NCBI GenBank assembly: GCA_963924565.1
Contig: OZ004613.1
Span: 23,002,001-23,066,000, forward strand
Direction of reading: 5' to 3'
Source of the DNA: Ascidiella aspersa
Taxonomy: Eukaryota
DNA: 64,000 nt
A program made the position numbers and the translations under genes. The notes beneath the pieces are model-generated. The model had not been told where the DNA came from and did not search any database. It worked only from the letters and a program-made list of their open reading frames with translations. Positions 35,872 to 48,400 of the stretch are shown piece after piece (positions within the stretch are counted from its first letter, which is position 1; each line of letters begins with the position of its first letter).

Positions 35872-38800
35872 TTGCTCTATTTACAATTGGTAAACATACA
35901 ACGAAAAATGTTTCACTGACACATTCGGCTACTTTCGAAAGTTATGCTAACATCAATTGTATAATTGTGATAAGCAATAAGAGTACTTTACCGAGTGTTC
36001 ATTTGCCTTTTAGAAATTAATTTTAATGAAGGATTCTTCATTTCAATACCTAAAACTTCATATTGAGAAATTCTCGTCTTTGCGATCAAGAATATAAAAA
36101 TAAGAGCGGCGAGTTTTAAAATATGCAACTTTTTCGGCGGTTGAGAATCACAGGTTTAAAAAAATGCATGTAAACCCTTGAATTAAATGGTTTACAAAAA
36201 TGCCTGAGTTTTAACGAACACGGATGTTTCTAACTTTGTTGATCGATGGTATTTCGGAGTAAACTACCTCATAAGAACTGTTTTCATGCGCGCTATTAGC
36301 AATGATGTATGGAGAACTCAGTTTGTTAATTTGTTAAACGAGATTTGTACAGCAGTAGGAAGACTAAAACTACATTCTCTAAGATTACCTAGTTTGAAAT
36401 AACAATAGTAAACATGCCACGGGCAGGTAGTAAAACTTGAATTGCACACCAGAATCTAGCGCTAGCCCGAAAAAAATGTGTATATCGTAAGAAAGAAGAA
36501 TATATCCTAAAACAGATGGTGATGTAACAACGTGGGGTATACCACAAAACACCTCAGATGTTGACTAAGTTATTTTTTTGCCCACCACAGACCATGCAAG
36601 TACAACAAATGAGACCTTACTTTGCAAAAATGAACATTCATGTTGGTGTTTTCAAAAGCGTCACAATTACAAATACGAATTAATTGGTTAAAAATAAAAA
36701 GCGGTTATCTAAGCTAAGAAAAGAATAAAAAAGTATATAAATCGCAGACTCTCGTTTGCAAATTATTTACCCAAAGCTTTTTGAACATAACAAAGGTATT
36801 AAGCCAAGGTAGTTAGTAGGTTGCTTATATTGCTTATAAAACTTATTACTAATTAGTGAGGTATTAAAAATGTTTTGTGACCATTCTGAGCATTCAAATG
36901 GCATTGCTTATAGTGTTATAACGTATAGAGAATACGTAATATTATCATTGGACGCAATTCACTTTGGTTACATAAAATTAAACACAGTCAACAGAAAATG
37001 TACCTTCAACGACAGTCGTTAATCGTTAAATAGTGTTCTTACCTTTTATGACATTTGTCGTTTTATTGCGGCACCGTGCGACTCTATTATGCTTCTCTCA
37101 GCGGGAAAATAAGAAGTTAAATCGCTTCCGGGGTTTGTAAGAGTGTTTTTCTCAGGAGGGTCACTGAGTCAAAATTGTTTTCAAAGTCAAACTTTGTTCA
37201 GCATTTTTTCATGCATGTTAAATTGTGATGAAACATAAACTTAATCCACTTGTTTGTTAATTTGTTTTACGAACGTTGCACAAAAATTTTCAATTAATAT
37301 TGCAGGATTTGCAAATATGGTTTTGGGGTAATGTTATACACACAGGTTTATTTTAAAATGATTTTTTTTAACATAACATGAAAATGATTTGGGGAATAAT
37401 TAGGATTTTTTAAAGTGATGTTGTGTGTAAACATAGAAATTACACTGGTTTATGAAAATCCAAGGAAACTTCAAACAACGTTAAATCACAAGCAATATAG
37501 TCTTAAGCTGCAGATTGTTTACGTATCATTTTCCAAAAATTGGCTAAAAATTTTATGTTATTGATGGTCCAAGAAGTTTACAGTGTTCGATATACGTATT
37601 GCTGGATAAAAACGTATAAACCAGTTTACAACAATTACCTTAAATTAAACTGCTGTGCTAGGTGAATTAGTTATTGATACGATAAAATGTTATAAACTCT
37701 CCCTTACATGTGTTTAGCACCCCCTTAATAGCAGACTCACAACGACCCCCTGTAACTCCTTGACGTACCGCCCACGTTGGGAAACACTGGTCTATTTGGC
37801 CGACACACGTAGCTGTATATATCGGGTTTCTTGATTCGAAACCCCTGGTCACCTTTGAAAAAATTGTTACATCAATAAGTACAGTCGCAATGGTTCAAGC
37901 GTGGTGAACCTGCACAGTGCATATGCAATATGCATGTTACCAGGTCAACGAAGCTGGTTCATTCCAGGCTGAATAAAATTTTTGCAGGGGTGAACCAACC
38001 AAAAGGGGTGAATAAGGGTGAACCAACAAAAGGGGTAAATAAGGGTGAACCGTCAGAAATGGATGATAGCTCTGCAGCAAATCGACTACTGCACTGTTCT
38101 TTTTGGTGTTATTTTTTGCTTATTGTAACAGTGAAGTTGGTTTGCACTGAGTGTTGAAGTACAAAATTTTTATGATTGTGTTTTGTGCTTTTGTATGACT
38201 TCATATTTCTGGACTCGAGAACTTTAGCTTGAGTTGATCTTAACAAAAATCGAAACAACCCAAGTCATTTTGTGCTGTTATATAGACGAGAGAGTTTTAT
38301 CATATCATGAGACAAGGGTGAATGAAATCTGGAGATAGACGCTAGGGGTGAACAAAACTAAAAAAGTTTAAGAAGCACTGGGCTAGACAATGAGATGTAT
38401 CCCAGATAACAATACAAGGCGGGGCTTTATAACACATTCCTTAATCTAATTAGTCTGCCAAAGCACAGCCCAAAAGTAAGCATTTTAAATAAATTATGAG
38501 AAATACATCAATGAAACGTTTGTGACGTTTGACGTTTCACAACAAGACAACAGGCAAAGCACGAAGAGCATCTGGCATATCAACTGTTGCCTAGGGGCAT
38601 CGCCTTTCTTTTCCGAAATCACGTTTATTTCACTTGAAGCAGTTAGGCAGGTCATTTTCTTCGAGTGCCCGTAAGAATTTTTGGCATGCATAGCAAATTA
38701 ATTCAGGTTGCCTGTACAAAACAATATTTGTCTGCATGCAATTAGCCAACTACAATGTATGTTGAAAACGTAATGGTGTACTTCGTCATCCATTGTCGAA

Positions 38801-39397
38801 GGTTAATAATTACAACTCTGGTAAAGAAAGGTAATTATCGTTTGGTAAAATAGAGCGCCGGCTTAATCAGTACTCCGGTCCAAAGTAATGTCGGGTTTGT
38901 TTATCATGGCCAGGCTAATGATATGTCAATCAGCAGTTATGACCAGTGCCATTAGTTTCTTTCTGGTGGAGCATTGGCAAGCCTTCAGACGGTCGCTCCC
39001 ACCTTTTAAATTCCGCCGTCCAAACAGAAGAGAGGCAATAAGTAGCTCCAAGCCCAAACTGCTGTTATTGTGTTTGGGTGAACGGGCGAAACTTCTTTTG
39101 GACGACTGAGACGCGAATTAGAAGTGAACATTCGAAAGGAAATTGCGAGGAAGCTTCATTAGCGTTCGCTGTGATTTACCAGTCGCTTTTCTGCCTTAGG
39201 AGGCGCCGGAATTAGGGTTAATTTTACCTTTCACGCCTGCAAGAAAATCGAAAAGTAAACAGTCGTTCTAGTTTGTTTACGTGTTTTTGAATTATAGTGA
39301 CCATACTGAGCTAAGAAAGCGAGAGTTATTTAGTGAACGTCACTGCGAGAAGTCTGTTGTCTGCTTCGGCTGGATTGAAACAAGTCCTCGAAAGAAA

Positions 39398-39455
39398 ATG
39401 TTTGGAAGTAATACAGCGTCATTTGTTTTGCTCCTATCGTGCATCGTATGTCTCG
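39398..39455 (+). CDS. FN3 protein exon 1, signal peptide (MFGSNTASFVLLLSCIVCL-G)
   Basis: Hydrophobic core, G|gtaagt phase-1 donor matching the next exon. Confidence 0.75.
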
Positions 39456-42400
39456 GTAAGTTGAAATTTATAATTGAATCTAAATCACGTTTATAAGCTA
39501 CCAAATTTAAGCCTAATGCAGTTGTTTGTTTTCTAAATTTTGTAAACCATCTGAAAATCATACGTAAACGAATTAAAACCTTAATTGACGCAACTGTTTG
39601 AAAGAACATAAACTATTGTGTAAAGTTAAGAAATAAATCAGCAACTCGCGTTATGTATGTGCGGCATGATATGAGGGCGGCTGTGGCTATAATGATCAAA
39701 TAAATGCGTCCTCTGTGTTACCTGAATGTCCTGCTTCTCTACTTATTTTAAACTGTTTTAGTAGATATATTGTTTTAGTGCACTAAAAAAAGGGAATTTG
39801 GTCATAAACTTGAATGATCACTATTTGATTTTTTTATTGCGACTTATACTGTAATGGAATGCAACCATTTTAATTCCACGTTTGCCCTACAATTCTAAAA
39901 AAAGTTGTTTTACATTTGCGATGAAATTTAATTTTAAAATTTTTCTAAAACCTTGTACTATAGTATAATTTCTGTGACGCACACTAATGGGGGTAAAATC
40001 CACTTGTTTTTGTTTTTTTCATATGGCATTTTAAAGAAGACACTTAAGTAGATTTGAATTCGAAAATACACTGTCATTATGGTTTTGACGATAACTAATT
40101 TAAATGCTCAATTGTACGTTTGTTGTTTCAGGAATTGCTCAACGTCTGCCAACCCCTGTACGTATCACGGTTCCCAGCAGAACCCTGACCCATGTACGTG
40201 TTAATTGGATGCAACCCCCGACAATTAAATATGCAAGGTTTCTTCTAAAGGTCAGTAATTTATCCAAACCAAACGAACTAATGTGAGTATATCCTCCCAA
40301 GCGTACAATGTGGTAAAATGCAGCCCAATGACTTTTTATGCGTTTCAATACCAGCCATATATCGAAAATTGAAGTTAACTATATTGTATATGTGTTTGAC
40401 CAGTGGCTTTTTCCTTCTCTCGACCTTTCCCTAGTTTTGGGAGCAACTGAGTTATCAATTAAGTTTGTCAGTTTAACCTCTTGTAAACAGTCGACTTTAT
40501 TAATCAAAATATTTGGGGACAGCGAACGAATTAACCAGTGGGTCGCGCGACCTTTCCAATTTACGATTTTACGCTTTGCAACCTGTGAGAGCCATATGAG
40601 CCAGACTTAATAGTTGCCTATACGTCACTTTAATGTTTTGTCTGTACCTGAATATTTTGTGTTAAATTGCTGGTAAAATTTGCTCACTTAATTACATTAA
40701 TATTGTACATGCAAATCAGCTTTCTTGCTCTTTGCTTAGTGTGTGATGTATGTATTTGTTTTTTAACAACTTAATTTTCGTATCACTCATAGTTTTAGTT
40801 TGACGACACTATAATTTTATATTATATTTTTACTTGGGCAACCGATGACTAGCTCTAATACCTGATATACTCTTTGTTGAAGAAGAATAGACTTCCAAGT
40901 CGGCTAAGATATTTTTAGAAAATCCAGTAATTTGAAATAGAAATTGACAGATAACACTTTTTTGGGCCGATACCGATAATCGATTTTTTACAATTTTGTC
41001 AACCGATACCCGATACCGATACCGATTATTTATTTACCTAAAAAAATGTTAAACATTTGAATTAATTGAATATAAAATTCAAAAAACGTTTTAGATTATG
41101 TACCTTAATTAATTATTAAACTATTATTTTGCATATTAACTTGGCGTAATGCTAAAACCCATTTTTTTCATTAAAAAATGGGTAAGTTGTTTGTTGTGCA
41201 GGTAAAATTATATCTTATTTTCGTACTAAAATATCGGCCAAAATATCGGCCTACATTTACCGATACCGATATATCGGTAGAAGCCAAATATCGGCCGATA
41301 TTATCGGTAAACGGATATAAGACTCCTAAGACTTCACACCTCTTATATGTGCTTCACCCCATATAATTCCTTTTTAATAAGCGTAATAAACACTTTTTTG
41401 TGAACTAACCCTGATATTGCGTTGTCCAGATTTCTCCACGCGCCACGATCTTGGACCCTGAGAAGCCCGACGACACTTCGCGTACTTTCACCGACCTGCA
41501 GCCCGGCATCGCCTACACCGTGACCCTCCGAGGAGAAACCAGCGACCGACGACGTTCGGCGCCCTTGAGATTTCACATTTGGAGTAGTAAGTGAAAATGG
41601 GGCCTTTAATTAATTTCTAACCGCCGACCAGACTTGGACAACTGGATATATTTTGGCTTTTTAAAATTAGATTAGAAGAACGTGAATGCTAAGTATTCCT
41701 GTTCTGATGTTATTCCTTTAAGCATATAGCCTATGCTTTCCAAATATTACACACAAGTCGTTCTGACCAAAGAGTTGTAATTCAAATTCCTTTTTTCAAC
41801 TGAGGTACTAAAAACGCTGTTGGACAAAGTAGAATTTTTTGGTAAAATTCGAATTAGATTGGAACTAGAATTGGACGCATTTTGCTCTTATTCATTGAAC
41901 TAGAAAACTAGAATTATTTACGTAATAAGAATATCAAAGCCCATACAGATCTAAACGGAAAATTTTCAACAGATGTTGAAAATGAATAAAGAGTTATTCG
42001 AAACGTCCAAAATGAGACCTACTTCTGTATGGGCTTTGATATTCTTATTACGTCTTACTACAACCTCCAACCATTATGCTCCATAGAATTATTTAGTTGT
42101 CCGAGTCTGCCGCTGCCGCCGACACGGGTCACGTAAATGTATGGATGCTTATTATACGTTTTTAACAAAACAAACACTTGTTTTTTTAACAGAAACATTT
42201 TTTAAACAAAACTAGTTCAGAGGACAGTTGCATTGAGACTTTTAGTGATTTAAAAATGTGCCGATCTGGCGCGAGGTATTATTATTTTTTTGGCCACACT
42301 GAGAGACAGATTCGTCATTGTTCCTTTACGTAATATACAAGTTTGCTCAATGACATCGTTGCATTGCGTAATTCTAATTTAGGGGATGAAGATGGTAGTT

Positions 42401-45400
42401 TTAACGATTTATGAAAATAACATACTTTATCGAAGAATATTCAAATAATCAGCGTAATACGGTTTACAGGCTAGGATCGAAGTTACATAAGTAAAATTTT
42501 GTGCTTTATCGTCTTGTTTTAAAAGGGCTGCTTTGATTGCACAAGCACAATGCGTCCCATCCTACTATATAACAAACGATTACATTTGTCGATGAAGGCA
42601 CACAAAACGACACAAATTTCACACAAATATGTAATATTTGGTTAGTAACGCTGAACGAGCGTTTTTGTCACCTGTAAATAAAGTAACATTAAGGGCTCAT
42701 TGAATTAATTACCGAAAAAACTATTTCACGATTTTCGTTAGATGTGTATACGCTGTTCATTTTATAGAATTTATTACAAATTTGACCATTATTTATCTCT
42801 ATACGCCTACATTAAAAACGGATTACTCATTACGGTCGGGTCTACGTGACCTTTGCGATTTTTTAAGTTGACGAATAATACGTTGAAATAGTGACGTTGT
42901 AATCGTGATCGGTATGCGCCTACACTTGAAGTTTTGTCAGAGTAGTCCAGCCAGCTTATTAAAATGACGCGTTTGGTTGGAGCGTTTCGGCTTGCGTAAT
43001 CAATTTGACCTTAAATGCTGAGCTAAATAAGTTGTGTTTAATTTTATTCAGCGTTTGTGTTACGTTTTGTGTAAAACTAATGCTGAATATATTTGTAGAT
43101 GTAGCTAAATCAACCCACATTTTCGCAGTTTTAATTAAATACGTTTTGGATTAAACAGGTAATAACTAAGATAATATTTCTCATACGTTTCATTCCGTCA
43201 CACAATAAGCCTGTTATATTAATAATTCGAAGGTTTTCGTTGTAATCTTATGGCACCAATAACAATTTTTACACATTGAAGCATAATGATTGAGGGTTGT
43301 AGTAAGACGTAGTGAGAATATCAAAGCCCATACAGAAGTAGGTATCATTTTGAACGTTTCGAATAACTCTTTATTCATTTTCAACATCGTTTACTTCTGT
43401 ATGGGCTTTGATATTCTTACTACCTCTTCACACTTGTTTCGGTTTGTAACTATAACTTCCAGACAGTCCGCTTTAAATTTGCACTTAAAAGGACATGCTG
43501 GCGCGCACCAGAGCAGTTAAAGCGAAATCGCCGGGCGGCGCCGTTAACTTCTAATCCTGCCATTTTGTGGTCTCACGCGGCTTTGAAACGTGTAAACAAT
43601 CCGGCTGTTGCTGGCGGAGACGTTTGTCGAATGCAAGTCAAACTCCACTAAGTTGGATTAAAACCTCGAAGTTCGTTTTAGAGCTCGTTAGAAGTGTTTT
43701 CTCCAAACGTTGGCTAAATAACTTACCTCGATTGTCTTAAATCTGGGTGTCCAATGTTGAAAGTTGGACACGGGCATTTATATTTTTGACCGATGTGGAA
43801 TTTTATTGCAAAACTTGACGCGCATTTTGACCGATTCTCGCTTTTATATTGTAATTTTTTCGATTTTCGTTTTTTATTTGTAAATTTTAAGTGTTTTTTT
43901 TTTGTAAAATAGTTTGCTGTAGCCTAGTGATTGTATAACTTTTTTTAACTATAAACACAATTTTTTGTTTTTACAAAAACATGCATATACCCCATCAACA
44001 TTTTACGGACCCCGGCGGTCAAAACAATTTGCAAAGGCCCCCAATATATATTCTATCACGTTGGGTCGTACACCAAATCGGACCAAATCTGTATATCTTT
44101 GGCATACGCTTTGTGTGTTGCATATAACCTTACCTTGATCCGGTATATACACTTGGATATACGGTTTAATTGGATGAAGAGCACTGCTCTTAAACATTTA
44201 ACAGAATAAACAAACCTTTGTTGCACATTAAGTTTAAAGATCGTAAAAGGTTGACAAGCCGTTTCTATCACTGCATGTAACAATAAAAATTCATCTCTTG
44301 GGCATTCAAAATGTCACGACAGTCAACCGACCAAATTATTGTGCATAATATTTAAAGCGTTGAATATTTTTCATCAACAGAACCTAAAAAGCCGAGCAAC
44401 CTGGTGCTTTCGCCGATTAGGCAAGTCAACCTGGCTGTGAAGTTGGCGGAATACGAGGACACCTATTCTGCTCCTGTGGTTGGGGTCCACGTCGACTGGG
44501 AGAAGCCTCAGGGACCCACAGGTGCGTTAGTATTATGCAATACCGGCTGTACTGTTGGTGGAGGTTTTGTAAACAGGTAAACTTTTCCCTTCCGTCGAGA
44601 TTTGATTGCGAAAATTGATTTTCCGTGTCTGGTGATAAGATCAAGTATACAGTCAAAACCGGTTTCGCGATAGGCGCAAAAACTCCGATGGTTTTTGTAA
44701 GCATGTGCGCTTGACTTCGCTTAAAATGCCTACGGCTGTACGGAATTACCGTTTTCTTTTGTCGGTTCCGCACCTGAATGTGTATGCTGATAATAAACTA
44801 ACCCTGATTTAAAGTAACGAAGACGAACAGTCGGCGGCGGTTTTTTAGACGAAAACGTGCCGTCGCGGCTGTCCTATTGCACCCCTTTTTATGACAGCTA
44901 CAAAGCGCTGTGCGTTGTTGGCGTTTGTTGTATAACCAGCGGTTTGTATATGCCGGATTGTGATAATTTGGCGGTTTCAGCAAACTTTTGACTTCGAATT
45001 ACCGGGAAAAATAACAACCACACAAAACAGACAAAATACATTGCCTATAACGGAAAATAACAACCGAAGCAGTGAAAAAAAAAATCGTTGTCAAAGTGTA
45101 GCGTCATCACTAATTTCAAGGATTTCTCAACTAAAAAATCGTTGACCTGTTGGGAATTTGCTATGGATTCCAGGGGTAGCCAACACGTCGATCGCGATCG
45201 ACCGGTGGATTGTCACATTTCACCTGGTCGATCGCGTCGAATATGTGTTACGTCATTACAGTGGCTGTCGCACACAAGCCATTACAAAGACCAATTGTTG
45301 TCTGGACAAGCCTAATTAAGCGTTCTTTGACGTAACAAATTAACCTCCATTACTGGCTTGGAATGCAATTAACGCTCAAAATGTTTAATAAGTGTTCTTG

Positions 45401-48400
45401 TGACTTTTTTACCGAACCAGTCGATCACCATCAAATATAAGTTGGCTACACCTGAATACCATTGTTGAATCGGAATATCTTAAGGGCTCGTTATTTGGCG
45501 TTTCTTACTGTAGGGTGGGGCCCGGTAACTGTCACTCGATAAGAAGTGCCGTTGATATTTAAGTGGGGAGCGTCTGTACTTGTCACAAGGCTCTTAAATT
45601 TGTCCAGCTCGGATCGAAAAGGTCAAGAATCACCACGCCGCTTTAAAAGCGCGTTGACCATTGGTGACGTTTTTGGTTACCGCTAAAGGGTCAAAACAAA
45701 GTTAACGTCAAGAATTCGCGTTTTGTGTATATGCAAAACTACCCGTTAAGGCTCGGCGCTAATTCGATGATCCTTCGCCCTGGCGCGATACCATCTCTGC
45801 GGTAAATCCATTAGATGGGCGAGACGGCACTGCAACACCCGTCTCTCAGCGTTTTTGGCATGTCATAGTTAGAGCCTGCGTTATCTGCCAAACCGGCACG
45901 ACTGGTATTCTGACTCGAGTAGTTTAACCGCGCTAAGAAATGGAGAAGTCAATTTGGCTTAGCGCATTGGTGGAAAATCGTTTTGGATCGAATTTAATGG
46001 TTACTTTATGGATAAGTTGAAAGTTCTTTGGACGTCTCGCGGAAAAACTTATTACAACCGTGACAAATATAAGTTGTTTCATAATAGCCAAAAAAATCGA
46101 TCGCAATAAACATAAAGAGTATATCACACTAGGATTTTAAAGGGAGTAATTTTGATAACCTCAAATAAATAATCTCTTCATTATAACCTGCACAACGCCT
46201 TACAATTAAAGTGGCCTTTTCGTTAAATATAGTATTTTAATCTATATATTGACAAATCACATTTTCGTTGTGATTAAAAATGATTTACAGGCAACTTTAA
46301 AGCATCGGTAATAAAGCATACTATATCAAAGGTAATAAAAGTGACATTGCTGTGGGTAAAACAAGTATGCCGGTGAAAAACAAGTTTCAAACATGAACTT
46401 TGACACTGGCTTGCAAAAAAAGTGCCATTTCGCCTAAACAAAGTGGCTTCAGGTTAGCAGCAGAAACCTCAGCTAAGTGGAATTGACCGAAATCAAGTCG
46501 CACTTTGTCTCGTGTAAACTGTAGTATGATCGAGCGCCTGACTTTGCGGCGTGCAAGTAGTCGGGCGTTCCACAAGTGTGAAAAGACCTGAGTGACCGCG
46601 GCGGTTATAGCGTTGTGGACAATCTGTTTGCCCACCAATCCGTCTCGCATTTAGAGCTCGCGTAAACACAGAACTGCGACGGCAGCTGCATTTTGTTTTC
46701 AAGTAATTCGTCGCGTCTTTGGCGGTGACCAAGCGCATTGCATGTGGCCCTCTGCGAATAACCTGCGTTGCGCTGCATAGACAATGTTCCATCTATCAAA
46801 AAAAAAACGACAATGTTCCATGTATCAAAAAAAACGACAATGTTCCATGTATCAAAAAAAAACGACAATGTCCCATGTACCAAAAAAAAAACGACAATGT
46901 TCCATGTTTGTTGGCCGTTGGACTCATTGTGTTTCGTCAATCTAACGCACAATATAGATAGATATAATAGATTTAAATTTATTTCGGAACAACGGTATAT
47001 ACATGCAAAAAATTATATAAGTTTTGTGTAAGCAATAATTGCGTAAGTTTGTTAAAAGGTAGATGTTGCGTAAATGTTTGGAAATAATAAACTCTGAAAC
47101 TTTTCGAACCGTTTTCAATACAATTTTAACCCATTTCAGTGAGAGCTGAGTGTTATATCGCCTATTCTAAACTAAACAATGAAACTAAACTGGGCGTCTT
47201 TTATGAAAGCGTTGCCCCTAAATATATTGTTTTGTTTGTTATTTATTTATACAATATACGTCGTCAATGGCCATTCGGCCTTATTTCGAGATTATTTGAG
47301 AATAATACAACACATTTATGCGTCACCACATACAAGCACCCTGTTTTACCACGAAATGGCAGAAATCGTCTATACTCCAAACAATTTTGCACTTTTTGCA
47401 AGCCAACATTTGTCAGATGATATTGATATGTTGAGTGTCTGCAACTTCATTGCCTATTAAAATTTGTACTGCCGCCTTTACTTTCTAAAATTAAATACGC
47501 TGTGTATTTTTCTCCTGTTTTAATTGTTGTCACACCAGACAAATAAGATATTTTATTTTTCGACTTCATACCTAAATCCAGTTTTTCGACGTACTTGTAG
47601 GTTTGTCGGGATACAAAGTGAGCATGAACCCGAAAGAAGACTGTGCAATGCTTTATCCTCAGCCAAACAAGGGGGAAGTACCGGATGACACGAGCAGGAC
47701 ATTTGTTGGGCTTACACCGGGTCAGTTTAAAATTACTTACAGCAAATATATTTAATGAAATAACATACATGATGTACCTAACAGCCCTATTCAATACAGC
47801 CATATACTCTTTGCATTTCTATGATAGTTGGAATGTTTATCATTGCTAATTAATTAGGTAGGTTGTTGTATTACGCAAAACCCGCTGTTTGTAATCACCA
47901 ACTAAGTCTTATCAAAATGAATCGCATGCACACAGCGATGGAATTAAAATGTGTGGCATTGGTGGCCAAAATCTCCCATCTTAATTTAGCGTATAAGTAA
48001 GACCAGGCTATGACTCAAAGTTTCCTGCGTTTTTGGTTAAGTAATCCCTTTTAGCTGACATATCTCTGCTTTTGTAGGCAGGACATAAACTTGCTTTTAA
48101 AATTTCGAACTATAGACCTGCTGTTTAGTCATGTTAAAAATGTATATTTTTAATCTTCTTGAACCTGTTTTTAAAAATAATCTTTCTTGAAGCCTTTTAG
48201 AAATATTTAATCTTCTTGAAAAAAATTAAACCCATTTTTTATGGATTTGCTGCAATGCGACACTTCATGATTTGTTTAATGTCGTGACAGGTGGATGTTA
48301 TTTAAACACAGGTTTCTAATTTAATTGTTTTTACGTTCATTCTTGTTTACAGGCCAGGATTACACCTTCACAGTGCAAACCAAGACCGGGCCACCGTACG

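Larger units (their letters stand above)
41629..42109. mobile_element. hAT-type MITE, third copy of the same family, hosting element A2
   Basis: TIRs cagacttggacaact / agttgtccgagtctg; imperfect TSD ccgccgac / ccgctgcc. Confidence 0.85.

Noticed and set aside
37985-38050. Repeated gggtgaa motifs and an apparent repetitive peptide
   Set aside because: Best explained as subterminal repeats of a decayed MITE ending ...aagaagcactg near 38380.
46780-46907. ~28-bp direct repeats that could suggest a CRISPR array
   Set aside because: Units are adjacent with only A tracts between them, there are no unique spacers or cas genes, and the locus is a eukaryotic intron: a minisatellite.
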